DNA from: an uncultured Acidobacteriota bacterium
GTDB taxonomy: Bacteria; Acidobacteriota; Thermoanaerobaculia; UBA5066; Gp7-AA6
Length of the DNA stretch: 64,000 nucleotides
NCBI GenBank assembly: GCA_963764715.1
Contig: CAVXTP010000003.1
Coordinates: forward strand, 96,001 to 160,000
Direction of reading: 5' to 3'
Under the pieces are notes generated by a model. The model made no database searches. It saw only the letters and a list, made by a program, of their open reading frames with translations, and was not told the origin of the DNA. Positions within the stretch are counted from its first letter, which is position 1. The number at the start of each line of letters is the position of its first letter. Positions 1 to 10,815 of the stretch are shown here, piece after piece. The position numbers were made by a program, and so were the translations under genes.

Positions 1-1161
1 GCCGCGACGAAGAGGCCCCGCGAGAGCGCCGACTCCAGAGCCCGTCCCGCCGGAAGGGCGGCCAGGAGGACGGCGGGCAGCAGGTAGCGGCTCCCGAGCG
101 ACCAGCCGCCGTGCCAGTTCGGATAGCCGGTCAGGGCGAGGGCGAAGAGGCCGGTCGCGGCGAGGACGAACGCGCAGTCGGCCCGGTCCTTCCCGGAGCG
201 CCACCAGCGCAGGGCGCCGCCGATCGACCAGAGGAGAAACGGCGAGAAGAGCAGCACGCCCCGGGTCGGCCCGAGGAGGAGCTCGCTCGCGACGCGGCCG
301 TTCGGGGCCCCCAGCCCGAAGACGCCGCGCCCCGCGAGCGCCGCGTAGGCGGGATCGGCTTCGCGCGCGGAGGAGAGCGTGAACGGCGAGCCGAAGCAGA
401 CCGCGTCGTAGGCGAGGAGAAGCCCGAGCGGCACGGCCGCTCCGACGGCGAAGGCGGCGAGCCGCCGCCGGTCGGGCCGCGCGAGGGCGCGCACGGCCAG
501 GACGAGGGCGATCGGGGCCACGGTGTACTCCGAGATCACCGCCCAGCCGGCGAAGAGCCCCGCGAGGCCGGCGGCCGCGGCGCCGCGCCGGGACCCGGCC
601 TCTTCGCTCGCCCGCAGCCGGTCCCACGCGAGGAGGAGCAGCGCCGCGCTCCAGGCGTGCGCGAACAGGGACCGCGCGTAGAAGAGGTACGGGGTGCCGA
701 AAGCGGCGGCGAGCGTCACGAGCGGCGACGCCGCCGGGTGGGCCCCGGAAGATCGGAGCCGGACGGCCAGGCGCCGCAGGGCCAGGATCGAGACGAGCGA
801 GACCGTCAGAAGGCGGAGCGCCCACAGCAGCGGCCCGGCGGATGACGGGCGTCGGCGCCGGGAACACGAGGCGCAGCAGCCGGTAGGCCGGATACGCCGC
901 GAAGGCGAGACCCGGCGCCTTGTTGGAGTAGAACCGCCCGCCCGAGACCGCCTTGTCTTCGTGGTCGCCGAGCGCGGCGACCGCCTGGTCGATCGAGAGC
1001 GTCTTCCACTCCGCCATCGAAACGACGGCCTGGAACCGCGAGAGCTCGTTGGGGTTCCAGAACGGCGGGAAGAGGCCCGTGAACCAGACGCACTGGAAGG
1101 CGAATGCGAAGAGGACCGCCGCCGTCGCCCGCCGCGCGCCCGCCTCCTGCGCGTCGATCAT
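1..1161 (-). pseudogene. GT-C fold multi-TM membrane glycosyltransferase-like protein; runs off the window's left edge; apparent frameshift near 842
   Basis: ATG at 1161 gives MIDAQEAG...PNELSRF...DKAVSGGRFYSNKAPGLAFAAYPAYRLLRLVFPAPTP. The hydrophobic continuation (AGPLLWALRLLTVSLVSILA...VTLAAAFGTPYLFYARSLFAHAWSAALL) is in a different frame. Could be a sequencing indel. Confidence 0.6.
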
Positions 1162-1172
1162 CCGTGGCTTCC

Positions 1173-1182
1173 ACTGTACACT
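1173..1182. promoter_or_regulatory. Overlapping back-to-back -10 hexamers (TACACT on +, TACAGT on -) in a 28-bp divergent gap
   Basis: actgtacact lies 7 nt upstream of the ATG at 1190 and 11 nt upstream of the minus-strand ATG at 1161; no SD. Confidence 0.5.
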
Positions 1183-1189
1183 GACCGCG

Positions 1190-3604
1190 ATGCCGTCGCG
1201 CCGCGCGTCGCTCTCGAGCCTCGCGGTCGTCGTGCTCTTCTCCCTGCCCCTCCTGCCCGAGATCCTCGGCGACCGCCGGCTCGTCTTTCGCGACGCCCAG
1301 ATCACGCACTGGCCGTGGCGGCGCATCGCCGTCGCCTCGCTCGCGTCGGGCGAGGTGCCGTTCGTCAACGCCTCGGCCTCGGGCGGCCAGCCGCTCCTCG
1401 CCAATCCCAACGCGGTGCTGCTCTATCCGACGTTCCTTCTGGAGCGCGTGGCCTCGCCCGGCGTGGCGTTCAACCTGCACTACCTGCTCCACGTCGTGTG
1501 GGCGTTCTTCGGCGCGCGCCGCCTCGCCCGCGCGCTCGGCCTCGCCGAGGACGCCGCCTTCCTCTCCGGGGTCGTCTTCGCGTTCTCCGGGATGATGCTG
1601 TCCTACGGCTCGGCGTTCATGAACTCCATCGCCGCGGCCGCGTGGATGCCGTGGTGCGCGGCGGCCGTTCTCGCCCTGGCCGGGTCGCGCGGCCTCGCGG
1701 AGACCTCGCGCGCCGCCGCGGCGGCGGGGCTGGCGCTCGGCCTGCAGCTGCTGGCCGGCGAGCCCGCGATCTCCCTCCTCACGCTCGCGCTCGGCGGCGT
1801 CCTCGCGATCGGAAAGGCCCTGACGCGTCCCCGCGACGAGCGGGCGCGGGCGCTCGCGTCCCTGGCCGGCGGCGGAGCGGCGGCGGGCGCCCTCGCGCTC
1901 GCCCTGGCGGCGCCGCTCCTGCTGCCGCTGGCCGACGTCTTTCCGCTGACCTACCGCGGCCAGCACCTCTACTCCGAGCGTGCGTTCGGCGCGGCGGCCT
2001 TCACCCCGGCGCGGGCAATCGAGTGGCTGCTGCCGCGCTTCGGGGGCGACCCCGGGCTTCTCGGCGGCGGCGAGAACTGGCTCGCCTCCGTCGGCGAGCG
2101 CAGCCTCGTCTACATCTGGGCCGTGACCTTCGGCGTCGTGCCGCTGCTCCTCCTTCTCCTCGCGGCGGTCCGGAGGGAGTTCTGGGGCCGGGTCACGGCC
2201 CTGCTCGCGGCCGGGGGGATCCTGGGTCTCCTCCTCTCCTTCGGCTTTGCCCTGCCTTTCTACCGCCTCGTCTACGCGGTGACGTTCCTCCGGAAGCTGC
2301 GCTACCCGATCAAGTTCTACCTGCCAGCGACCCTCTGCGTCGCGCTCCTCGCGGGGCTGGCGGCGGCGGTCCTCGCGCGGCGGCGCCCGACGCGACGGGA
2401 CGGCGCCATCGTCGGCCTCCTGCTCGTGCTTCTGGCCTCGGCCTGGTGGCTCGCCTCGCCCGGCGGAGCCCTCGACCGCCGATCCGCGCCGGCCGTCGCG
2501 CAGATCTCCGACAACCCGGCGGCGTTTCTCGAGGCCTTCCGCTCGGCGGTCCGCGGCGACGTCCTCGTCGGCGCGCTCGTCATCCTCGCCGCGGCACTCG
2601 TGCTCCGCCGGGGCGGGCGCGAGCCGGGGTACCTGCTCGGGCTTCTCACGCTCCTCTCGGCGCTCGTCTGGGGGCTGCCCCTCTTCGTGGCCGCGAAGGA
2701 GAAGGACCTCGCCCGCCCGCCCGCACTGCTCGCGCGCATGGAGGGGCCCGGGCGCCTCCACGTCTCGGCCCGCCTGCCCCGGTTCGACATGGCGGCTCTC
2801 CCCGCCGATCCTCCGGGGGCGCTGCCGCGCTCCGAGAAGACCGCGCGCGTGATCCTGGAGGAGCTCGTGCCCGCGACCGCCTCCGAGTTCGGCGCGCGCT
2901 ACCTCTTCGAGAACGATCCGGACGGCTCCTACGGGTTCTACAACCGCCTCGCCAGCGAGGCCGCGGACGCGTCGACGCCGGAAGAGCGCGACCGCCTGCT
3001 CCGCCTCTACGGCGGGCGCTGGGCGCTCGCCGAGGAGGGCGAGGAGCACCCGCTCTTCCGGGCGACCACGGGGTTCGCGGTCGCGGGCCGGCGCCTCGTG
3101 CTGTTCGAGAATCCGGATCCGCTGCCGGAGCTCCGCTGGGCGGGGCGGGCCTGGCGACGACGCTCGCTCTCGGGCACGCTCGAGCTCGTCCGCTCGCCGC
3201 GCTTTTCTCCCGAGACCGACATCGCTTTTCCCGGGCCGCGCGACGAGGATCCGCCGGCGGCCCCGGCCTCCTCGGCGAAGCTCGAGGTCGCGTTCGCCAC
3301 CGCCGATCGCGCCGCCGCCGAGGTCGAGGCGGATGCTCCGGGCTACCTCCTCCTCTCGCGCACCTTCTTCCCGGCCTGGCGCGCCCGCCTCGACGGCGCC
3401 AGCGTCCCCGTCACCGTCGCCAACGCGCGGGACCTCGCGGTCGCAGTTCCGGCCGGGCGCCACCGGGTCGAGATCGAGTACGACCGCCGGCCGTTCCGGC
3501 GGGGCGTCGCGATCCAGGCGGCGGCGCTCCTCGCCGCGCTGGCGGTGGCGGCGGCCGCGCGCGCTACGGGGCCGAGCCCGGCGCCGCGATCTTCAGGTGC
3601 ATGA
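1190..3604 (+). CDS. YfhO-family membrane protein (GT-C-like)
   Basis: MPSRRASL...FRDAQITHWPWR...PFVNASASGGQPLLANPNAVLLYP; many TM segments; C-terminal 'LLLSRTFFPAWRARLDG...VPAGRHRVEIEY' typical of YfhO. Confidence 0.8.
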   Translation: MPSRRASLSSLAVVVLFSLPLLPEILGDRRLVFRDAQITHWPWRRIAVASLASGEVPFVNASASGGQPLLANPNAVLLYPTFLLERVASPGVAFNLHYLLHVVWAFFGARRLARALGLAEDAAFLSGVVFAFSGMMLSYGSAFMNSIAAAAWMPWCAAAVLALAGSRGLAETSRAAAAAGLALGLQLLAGEPAISLLTLALGGVLAIGKALTRPRDERARALASLAGGGAAAGALALALAAPLLLPLADVFPLTYRGQHLYSERAFGAAAFTPARAIEWLLPRFGGDPGLLGGGENWLASVGERSLVYIWAVTFGVVPLLLLLLAAVRREFWGRVTALLAAGGILGLLLSFGFALPFYRLVYAVTFLRKLRYPIKFYLPATLCVALLAGLAAAVLARRRPTRRDGAIVGLLLVLLASAWWLASPGGALDRRSAPAVAQISDNPAAFLEAFRSAVRGDVLVGALVILAAALVLRRGGREPGYLLGLLTLLSALVWGLPLFVAAKEKDLARPPALLARMEGPGRLHVSARLPRFDMAALPADPPGALPRSEKTARVILEELVPATASEFGARYLFENDPDGSYGFYNRLASEAADASTPEERDRLLRLYGGRWALAEEGEEHPLFRATTGFAVAGRRLVLFENPDPLPELRWAGRAWRRRSLSGTLELVRSPRFSPETDIAFPGPRDEDPPAAPASSAKLEVAFATADRAAAEVEADAPGYLLLSRTFFPAWRARLDGASVPVTVANARDLAVAVPAGRHRVEIEYDRRPFRRGVAIQAAALLAALAVAAAARATGPSPAPRSSGA

Positions 3605-4685
3605 GCAGGCCCTGGTAGATGTCGGGCCGGCAGCCGTTCAGGGGGATCACGCCCCACGCGTAGTACACCGAGAGGGCGGCGAAGACCGGGAACATCCAGC
3701 GGAAGGCCCGCGTGTCGATGAGGTCGTGGTACCCGACGACGAGCGCGAAGGGCGCCATCGCGAGGAAGTAGCGGCTCCAGTCCTCCGTCGAGACCAGGAC
3801 GAGCAGGGCGAGCTCGAAGACGCAGTACCAGAAGAGGACCGGGAACCGGGTCCGCAGGCGCGAGGCGCCCACCGCGTAGACCAGGAACAGCAGGATGTGG
3901 AACTCGACCTGGTGGTACAGGCCCTTCGAGAAGAGGGTCGGCAGGAAGCCGAAGGGGCGCAGGGCCGCGACCTTCTCCCCGTGCGGAGCGAAGTAGGCGA
4001 AGAAGTTCCCGAAGCGCACCGCGCAGAAGACGAAGTAGCCGAAGAGCCCCGCCGGGATGAGCGCGAGCCAGGGCCACGCGCGCCACTTGCGCTCGCGGGC
4101 GAGGGCGACGGCGAAGGCCGGGGCGAGCATCAGGCCGGAGATCCGGGTCAGCGTCGCGAGGCCGGCGGCGAGCGAGGCGCGGCCGTACCGCGCCCTCTCG
4201 AAGAAGAAGACGGCCGAAAGCGTCAGGGCGATCGCCAGCGACTCGGTCGCGCCGGTCGAGCGATAGAGGAGCCAGCGGGGCGGGAGGAAGAGAAAGACGA
4301 GCGAGAGAAACTCCGGCGAGGGCAGCCTCCAGACGTCGCGGGCGAGGCGGTAGAAGAGAAGGACGGCGGCGACCGAGGCGAGCACCGACACCAGCAGGAG
4401 CGCCGCCTCGTACCCCGAAATCCAGGCCAGCGCCCGCACGGCGAGCGGGTAGAGTGGCAGGTGCGTCAGGAAGTACGTCGGCTCGTAGACGTACGCGAGC
4501 AGCGGGTTCCCGGGATCGACCGCGTAGAGCGTCTTCGCGACCGTCAGGTAGTTCGGCCCGTCCCAGAACCGGTAGACGGCGGACATGTCCGCCCGGAACG
4601 GCCAGTACACGAGGAAGGAGCCGGCGACGGAGGCGAGGGTGAGCCAGATCTCCGGCCGGACGCCGGGCCGCGGTTTCTCCGTCAC
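3564..4685 (-). CDS. Membrane glycosyltransferase, PIG-V/GT-C mannosyltransferase-like
   Basis: GTG start overlaps upstream TGA; 'RFWDGPNYLTVA', 'PLYPLAVR', 'TESLA', 'LATLTRISG' motifs; multi-TM. Confidence 0.7.
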   Translation of the reverse strand: MTEKPRPGVRPEIWLTLASVAGSFLVYWPFRADMSAVYRFWDGPNYLTVAKTLYAVDPGNPLLAYVYEPTYFLTHLPLYPLAVRALAWISGYEAALLLVSVLASVAAVLLFYRLARDVWRLPSPEFLSLVFLFLPPRWLLYRSTGATESLAIALTLSAVFFFERARYGRASLAAGLATLTRISGLMLAPAFAVALARERKWRAWPWLALIPAGLFGYFVFCAVRFGNFFAYFAPHGEKVAALRPFGFLPTLFSKGLYHQVEFHILLFLVYAVGASRLRTRFPVLFWYCVFELALLVLVSTEDWSRYFLAMAPFALVVGYHDLIDTRAFRWMFPVFAALSVYYAWGVIPLNGCRPDIYQGLLMHLKIAAPGSAP

Positions 4686-5746
4686 TCGCGGGACAGGATA
4701 CTCCGTCGCCGAGCGTCCCAGGCGCACCAGAAGACGAGGCTCCACCAGACGCCGTGCCACCCGGGAAAGTGGGCGTTCTCGATTCCGAGGCCCTCGAGCG
4801 AACCGCCGAAGTAGAACCCCGCCGTCATCAGCGTGTAGAGGGCGTAACCGGCGCCGCCGAAGAGGGAGCCCAGGGCGATCGGCCACACGAAGTAGTACTC
4901 GTTGATGCCCGGGGTGAAGATCAGCATGACGATGAAGAGGAGCAGGCAGGCGCGGGCGAGCTCGAGCTTGCGGCCGATGACGATCGCGGCCGCGACCGCG
5001 GCGAGGAAGAGGGCCATCGGCAGCCAGGACGGGACCGCCGGCAGCGTGCGCAGGAGCCCGACGCCGTAGACCTCGATTCCGCCGCGATAGCCGAAGACGT
5101 TCTCCCGGATCGCCGGCCAGGACCTCCAGAACGGCACGAAGGAGGCCGCGAAGACCGCGTACGGCACGGCGGCCGCGAAGCGCCCGAGCCCCTTCCGGCC
5201 GCTCCCCCCGACGAAGAGCAACGGAAAGAAGGCCGTCACGTGCTTGACGAGGAGCGACGCGGACAGCGCGGCAGCGGCGCCGACTCTCCCCTCGGGGAGG
5301 CGACGCGCGGCCAGGACCGCGAGGAGCAGAAAGAGGATCGCGACGTTGTCGAACTGGAGGTAGTGGCCCGTCACGATCACGGAGACCGGGTTCGCGAAGA
5401 AGAGCAGGGCCGCGGCCGCGCCCCGGCGGCCGCGACCGCCCAGCCGGTACAGGACCGCGGCCGTCGCGACGTCCGTCGCGATGAGGAGCCCGCCCACGAC
5501 GGTCCCGAGCGAGACCGTCATCGCCGCCGCGAGCCACGCCGCGGCGGAAACCACGACCGCCCAGGCCGGCGCGTAGTTGTACCGATGGGTCTCGCCGTAG
5601 AGGTCTCCCCCGCGCCGCACGATCTCCGCGACCTGCGCGTAGGACCCGGCGTCGAAGTTGCCGCGAAACCGGACGAGCAGGGCGACGCGCAGGCCGAGCG
5701 CCGCGAGGAACGCGGCCGCGAGGAGGACCCGGCGCGCCCCCGTCAC
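4682..5746 (-). CDS. Membrane glycosyltransferase, GT87/DUF2029-like (GT-C)
   Basis: GTGA overlap with arnD; 'GNFD..SY', 'YNYAPAW', 'FFANPVSVIVTGHYLQFDNVA', 'LLVKH', 'EYYFVWPI'. Confidence 0.7.
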   Translation of the reverse strand: MTGARRVLLAAAFLAALGLRVALLVRFRGNFDAGSYAQVAEIVRRGGDLYGETHRYNYAPAWAVVVSAAAWLAAAMTVSLGTVVGGLLIATDVATAAVLYRLGGRGRRGAAAALLFFANPVSVIVTGHYLQFDNVAILFLLLAVLAARRLPEGRVGAAAALSASLLVKHVTAFFPLLFVGGSGRKGLGRFAAAVPYAVFAASFVPFWRSWPAIRENVFGYRGGIEVYGVGLLRTLPAVPSWLPMALFLAAVAAAIVIGRKLELARACLLLFIVMLIFTPGINEYYFVWPIALGSLFGGAGYALYTLMTAGFYFGGSLEGLGIENAHFPGWHGVWWSLVFWCAWDARRRSILSRE

Positions 5747-6666
5747 GCGTGCGCCGGCGTCTCGGGCCAGCCCGTCGTCACGAAGCCCGCGCGCCCGGGA
5801 AGGGTCGTCCGCGTGATCGACCGCGCCGGGATCGCCTCGTGGTGCGCGAGCACCTCCCGCGCCAGCTCCGAGAGCTTCGGGAACGCGACGCCGTCGGCCA
5901 GCCAGTCGTCCAGGATCCCTTCGAAGAGGCCGGCCTTGGACCGTCCCTCGACCTCGGCGTGAATGGTATGCACCTGGGTCCCGCGCGCGGCGGCGCGAAA
6001 GTACGCGCGCTGGTCCTCGTCCGTGCGCAGGTCGTCCCAGCCGAGCGTCTCGTCGAGGGTCGGCAGCGTCGTCGGGATCTCGAGGGTCCGGAACACGCGG
6101 CCGTCCGCCTCGGGGAAGAAGTACGACCCGCCGCGCGTGTCGGAGGCGTACAGGAGCGACCGCTCCTCCTGCGCCTCGAGCGACCGCGCGTTGGCCGTCC
6201 AGCCGGGCGCCGCGCTCGCCCGCGCCGGGACGCCGAAGATCCGGAGGTACTCGGCGTGCGCCCGGCCGTAGTCGGCCCGGATCTCCTCGGCCGTCATCGC
6301 GTCGAGCTGGTCGTGCCAGCGGACGTGGTCCCAGCCGTGGACGCCCGAGTCGTGGCCCGCCCGGGCGGCCGCGCGCATCGCGTCGGCGCAGCGCTCGCCG
6401 ATCATCGGCGCCGGCAGGAGCGTGCCCGAGAGCATCGTCCGCCAACCGTAGAGCGACGGCGCGCGCGACCGGAGCATCTTCCTGAGGAACCCCTTGCGGG
6501 TGAAGACCCGGCGCACGGCGAGGCCCGACCGGTCGGGCCCCAGCGTGAAGAAGAACGTGGCGCGGATCCCCCGGGCCGCGAAGATCCCGAGCAGTCGCGG
6601 CACCCCGTCGCGGGTGCCCTCGGCGGTGTCGCAGTCGACCTTGAGGGCGACGCGACGGGGAATCAT
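5743..6666 (-). CDS. arnD: Undecaprenyl-phosphate Ara4FN deformylase (polysaccharide deacetylase family)
   Basis: '[61 protein letters not shown]'; arn context. Confidence 0.85.
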   Translation of the reverse strand: MIPRRVALKVDCDTAEGTRDGVPRLLGIFAARGIRATFFFTLGPDRSGLAVRRVFTRKGFLRKMLRSRAPSLYGWRTMLSGTLLPAPMIGERCADAMRAAARAGHDSGVHGWDHVRWHDQLDAMTAEEIRADYGRAHAEYLRIFGVPARASAAPGWTANARSLEAQEERSLLYASDTRGGSYFFPEADGRVFRTLEIPTTLPTLDETLGWDDLRTDEDQRAYFRAAARGTQVHTIHAEVEGRSKAGLFEGILDDWLADGVAFPKLSELAREVLAHHEAIPARSITRTTLPGRAGFVTTGWPETPAHA

Positions 6667-7688
6667 CGCTCGGACCGGCGCCGCGTCAGGTAGAAGTCGA
6701 GCGTCTGGCGGATGCCCTCGTCGAGCGACACCTTCGGCTCCCAGCCGAGGATCTTCCGGGCGCGGCGGATCGAGGGCACGCGCGTCAGGATGTCCTGGTA
6801 GCCCGCGCCGTAGTACTCGCCGGAGGCGACGTCGACGAGCTCGGCCCGCTTCCCGAAGTCCTCGTACCCGGGATGGGTCGCGACGGCCGCCACCATGCGG
6901 AGCGCGAGCTCCCGGATCGAGAGGTCGTTCGTCGGGTTGCCGATGTTGAAGATCCCGCCGTCGGCCGCCCCGCCCCGGTTCTCGAGGATTTTCATGAGGC
7001 AGTCGATGCCGTCCGAGATGTACGTGAAGGACCGCCGCTGCGTCCCGCCGTCGACGAGCTTGATGGGCTCCCCGTAGAGGATGTTGTGGAGGAACTGCGT
7101 CAGCACCCGGCTCGAGCCTTCCTTGGGCGAGTCGATGTCGTCGAGGTGCGGCCCGAACCAGTTGAACGGTCGGAAGAGCGTGAACTGGAGGCCCTTCGTG
7201 CCGTAGGCCCAGATGACCCGGTCGAGCAGCTGCTTGGAGCACGAGTAGATCCAGCGCTGTTTCTGGATCGGGCCGTAGACCAGCGGCGAGGAGTCCTCGT
7301 CGAACTCGGCGTCGGGGCACATGCCGTAGACCTCCGAGGTCGAGGGAAAGACGACGCGCTTGCCGTACCGCACGGCCTGCTTGACGATCCGGAGGTTTTC
7401 CTCGAAGTCGAGCTCGAAGACCGCCAGCGGCTCGCGCACGTAGGCCGCGGGTGTCGCGATCGCGACGAGCGGAAGGACCACGTCGCACTTCTTGACCTGG
7501 TACTCGATCCACTCCTTGTTGATGGCGATGTCGCCCTCGAGGTACGTGAAGCGCGGGTTGTCGAGGAAGGGCGCGATCTTGTCCGAGCCCACGTCGAGGC
7601 CCGACACGTGCCAGTCGGTCGACTGCAGGATGCGCTCGGTCAGGGCGTTGCCGATGAACCCGTTGACCCCGAGAATCAGGACCCGCAT
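6663..7688 (-). CDS. arnA: UDP-glucuronic acid oxidase/decarboxylase (ArnA C-terminal domain, stand-alone)
   Basis: '[11 protein letters not shown]', '[22 protein letters not shown]', 'FELDFEENL', '[19 protein letters not shown]', 'RPFNWFGP'. Confidence 0.92.
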   Translation of the reverse strand: MRVLILGVNGFIGNALTERILQSTDWHVSGLDVGSDKIAPFLDNPRFTYLEGDIAINKEWIEYQVKKCDVVLPLVAIATPAAYVREPLAVFELDFEENLRIVKQAVRYGKRVVFPSTSEVYGMCPDAEFDEDSSPLVYGPIQKQRWIYSCSKQLLDRVIWAYGTKGLQFTLFRPFNWFGPHLDDIDSPKEGSSRVLTQFLHNILYGEPIKLVDGGTQRRSFTYISDGIDCLMKILENRGGAADGGIFNIGNPTNDLSIRELALRMVAAVATHPGYEDFGKRAELVDVASGEYYGAGYQDILTRVPSIRRARKILGWEPKVSLDEGIRQTLDFYLTRRRSER

Positions 7689-7697
7689 CCCTACCCC

Positions 7698-8609
7698 CTA
7701 CCCGTTCGTCGCGAGAAACCGCGCCGCGTCGATCTCCTCCCCGCCCTCCGGCTGCAGGGACAGGATCTCGACGTACCGGTCGTCCCCGCACGCGACGTGG
7801 AGGCGCCCGTCTTCCCCGCGCACCTGGCCGGGGAATGTATCGTGCGCCGCCAGGCCCGGCAGCCGCGTGCGCCAGACGAAGGTCCGCGGGCCGAAGAGCT
7901 CGGTGAACGCTCCCGGATACGGGTGGGTCACGGCGCGCACGAGGTCGTGCACCTCCCGGGCCGGACGGCTCCAGTCGATGTGCCCGTCCTCGGGGCGGCG
8001 CCGGCCGAACCGCGTGGCGCGCGACTCGTCCTGCGGCGTCGCCCGCACGCGGCCGGCCTCGAGGTCCTCGAGGCGGCGCTCGAGGATCGCCGCGGCCGCG
8101 GCGGTCACGCGGCGCTGGACCTCGATCGCGGTGTCGTCCGGGCCGATCGGCACGGCCTCCTGGTCGACGATCGGCCCCTGGTCCGCCCGCTCGGTCATGA
8201 CGTGGAGCGTGGCGCCCGTCTGCTTCTCGCCCTTGAGCACCGCCCAGTTGACGGGCGCGCGGCCGCGGAACTTCGGCAGTAGCGAGCCGTGCATGTTGTA
8301 CGCGCCGAGGCGGGGCAGCGCGAGCATCTCCGCCGGGAGCAGGCCCCGGTAGTAGAAGGAGAACAGGAGGTCCGGCGCCGCGATCTTCACGCGCGCGAGC
8401 GCCGTGGGGTCGAGCGGGTTGTCGATGAAGACGGGCTCGATGCCGGCCGACCGCGCGAGCTCGGCGACGCTCGGGAACCACCGGGCCTCCTCCGGCGCGT
8501 CGCGGTGGGTCGCGACGAGCACGGGGCGGCGGCCGCGCTTCAGGAGGACGTCGAGGCACGCGTGGCCCGTCCCCGAGTACGCGAAGACCGCGATCCGCGG
8601 CGGGCTCAT
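7698..8609 (-). CDS. arnA: UDP-Ara4N formyltransferase (ArnA N-terminal domain, stand-alone)
   Basis: MSPPRIAVFAYSG...'FSFYYR', 'YNMHGSLLPKFRGRAPVNWAV', 'VRAVTHPYPGAF'. Confidence 0.88.
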   Translation of the reverse strand: MSPPRIAVFAYSGTGHACLDVLLKRGRRPVLVATHRDAPEEARWFPSVAELARSAGIEPVFIDNPLDPTALARVKIAAPDLLFSFYYRGLLPAEMLALPRLGAYNMHGSLLPKFRGRAPVNWAVLKGEKQTGATLHVMTERADQGPIVDQEAVPIGPDDTAIEVQRRVTAAAAAILERRLEDLEAGRVRATPQDESRATRFGRRRPEDGHIDWSRPAREVHDLVRAVTHPYPGAFTELFGPRTFVWRTRLPGLAAHDTFPGQVRGEDGRLHVACGDDRYVEILSLQPEGGEEIDAARFLATNG

Positions 8610-9553
8610 GCGCCGCCGCCCGGCGGCCGCGCGCCGCCGTAGACGTGGCGCACCCGGAACCGGGGCCGGCCCCGGACCTGCAGGTAGATCCGCCCGACGT
8701 ACTCGCCGACGAGCCCCAGGCCCGCCATCGCCACGCCGAGCAGCGTGAAGAGGATGGCGAAGAGGGTGAAGACGCCTTCGACCTCGGCCCCGACCACGAG
8801 GCGGCGCACGAAGAGGAAGAGGCCGAACGCCACGCCGCCGATCGCGACGAGGGTGCCCATCAGGCCGAACACCTGGAGGGGCACGAGCGAGAAGCCCGTC
8901 ATGAGGTCGAAGTTCAGGCGGACGAGCCGGTAGAGCGAGTAGTTCGAGGTGCCGTGCCGCCGGGCCGAGTGCGCGACCTCGACCTCCGTCGGCCGGCGCG
9001 CGAAGCTCTGGGCGAGCGCCGGGATGAAGGTCGACGCCTCGTCGCAGCGGTTGATCTCCTCGATCACGTCCTTGGAATACGCGCGGAGCATGCAGCCGAA
9101 GTCCGTCAGCTTCAAGCGCGTGATGAACGTCGTGACGCGGTTGACCAGGCGCGAGGCCGCCTTGCGGAGGAACGCGTCCTGGCGGTCCTGCCGCACGCCG
9201 CCGACGACGTCGTAGCCTTCGGCGATCTTCGCCAGGAGCTTCGGGATCTCCTCGGGCGGGTTCTGGAGGTCGGCGTCGAGCGTGACGACGACGTCGCCCG
9301 TCACGTTCTCGAAGGCGGCGAGGATGGCCTGGTGCTGGCCGAAGTTGCGCGCGAGCTCGAGGACCCGGATCGTCTCGGGGCGCTCGCGCGCCGCCGCCTT
9401 CAGGATCTCGAGCGAGCCATCGCGGCTGCCATCGTCGACGAACACGAGCTCGTACGGCCCACGGAGCCCGTCCATGACGCCGGCGAGCCGCGACAGGAGC
9501 TCGGGCAGGTTGCCCTCTTCGTTGTAGACGGGGACGACGACGGACAATTTCAT
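8606..9553 (-). CDS. arnC: Undecaprenyl-phosphate Ara4FN transferase (GT2)
   Basis: 'SVVVPVYNEE', 'VDDGSRD', 'RNFGQH', 'LDADLQNPPEEIP', 'DFGCMLRAY', two C-terminal TMs. Confidence 0.88.
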   Translation of the reverse strand: MKLSVVVPVYNEEGNLPELLSRLAGVMDGLRGPYELVFVDDGSRDGSLEILKAAARERPETIRVLELARNFGQHQAILAAFENVTGDVVVTLDADLQNPPEEIPKLLAKIAEGYDVVGGVRQDRQDAFLRKAASRLVNRVTTFITRLKLTDFGCMLRAYSKDVIEEINRCDEASTFIPALAQSFARRPTEVEVAHSARRHGTSNYSLYRLVRLNFDLMTGFSLVPLQVFGLMGTLVAIGGVAFGLFLFVRRLVVGAEVEGVFTLFAILFTLLGVAMAGLGLVGEYVGRIYLQVRGRPRFRVRHVYGGARPPGGGA

Positions 9554-9588
9554 CGCGGATTCGCCGGGATCTTAACCCGCGCTCCCCT

Positions 9589-10815
9589 TCAGGATCCGTC
9601 CCAGCGGACGCCGCCGGAGAACTCCCATCGCCGCGGCGGTCCCCAGACGCCACCGCCCGCCCGCTCGGAGGTGACCTCGAAGCGCAGGACGTCCGCCCGC
9701 GCGTCGTACGGCGCGCCGTCGCGGGCATGGACCGCGGCATCCAGGCTGTAGACGCCGGGCGCGAGATCGAGCGACGGGACAGCCAGCGTGACGCGGGCCT
9801 CCCCCTCGAAGCGGCCGGGCCGGAAGCCCTCGAGCTCGGTGTTGGTCCCGAGCACCATGACCCCCGAGACGGTCGTCACGCGGAACCCGAACACGAAGTC
9901 GGACAGCGGCTCGCGCGCCGACACCGTCATCTCGATCGCGACGGGCTCGCCCGCCCGGAACCGCCCGGCCGGGTGGCCCGCGGCGTCGAGCAGCCGCACG
10001 CTCCCGATCGACGCGACCCCCGAGCCGACCCGCGCGCCCGGGCGGATCTCGGCGAGGCGCCGCTCCCCCTCCTCGACGGCCACCCGCTCGAGATAGCGGG
10101 AGACGGTCTCGGGCGCCGGACCGTCGGCGGCGATGCGCCCCCGCTCGAGCCAGAGGGCGCGGCGACAGCGCTGCGCCACGAGGGACAGGTCGTGCGAGAC
10201 GACGACGAGCGTCTTGCCGGCCCGCTCGAACTCGGAGAACTTCTCGAGGGCGCGGTGCGAAAACGCCTCGTCCCCCACGGCGAGCACTTCGTCGACGAGG
10301 AGAACGTCCGGGTCGCTGTGCGCCGCGATCGAGAACCCGAGCCGCACGGCCATGCCCGAGGAGTAGGTCTTCACGGGCGCGTCGAGGAAGGCCTCGACGC
10401 CGGCGAAACGCACGATGTCGTCGAACCGCGCGGCGATCTCGCGCCGCGTCAGCCCCAGGAGCAGCCCCGTGATCTCGACGTTCTCGCGGCCCGAGATCTC
10501 GGGGTGAAAGCCCGCCCCGAGCTCGAGCAGCGCCGCGAGCCGGCCCCGCACCTCGACCGACCCCCGCGTCGGGCGCACGATCCCGGCGAGGACCTTCAGG
10601 AGCGTCGACTTGCCCGAGCCGTTCGCCCCGACGACGCCGAGGGTCTCGCCCACCGGGACCTCGAAGGAGACGTCCTCGAGCGCCGTGACGCCGCCCGGAG
10701 CCGATGCCGAACGGCCGCCCGAAAGCAGCAGCGACTTGAGCGTCCCGTGCGGGCGACGCCCGTAACGGCGGTAGACCTTCGTCACGCCGCGGACGGCGAG
10801 GGCAGGCCCGCTCAT
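9589..10815 (-). CDS. wzt: Polysaccharide ABC exporter ATP-binding protein with C-terminal Wzt carbohydrate-binding domain
   Basis: Walker A GANGSGKST, 'LLELGAGFHPEISGREN', 'YSSGMAVRLGFS', 'VDEVLAVGD'; C-terminal beta domain. Confidence 0.9.
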   Translation of the reverse strand: MSGPALAVRGVTKVYRRYGRRPHGTLKSLLLSGGRSASAPGGVTALEDVSFEVPVGETLGVVGANGSGKSTLLKVLAGIVRPTRGSVEVRGRLAALLELGAGFHPEISGRENVEITGLLLGLTRREIAARFDDIVRFAGVEAFLDAPVKTYSSGMAVRLGFSIAAHSDPDVLLVDEVLAVGDEAFSHRALEKFSEFERAGKTLVVVSHDLSLVAQRCRRALWLERGRIAADGPAPETVSRYLERVAVEEGERRLAEIRPGARVGSGVASIGSVRLLDAAGHPAGRFRAGEPVAIEMTVSAREPLSDFVFGFRVTTVSGVMVLGTNTELEGFRPGRFEGEARVTLAVPSLDLAPGVYSLDAAVHARDGAPYDARADVLRFEVTSERAGGGVWGPPRRWEFSGGVRWDGS

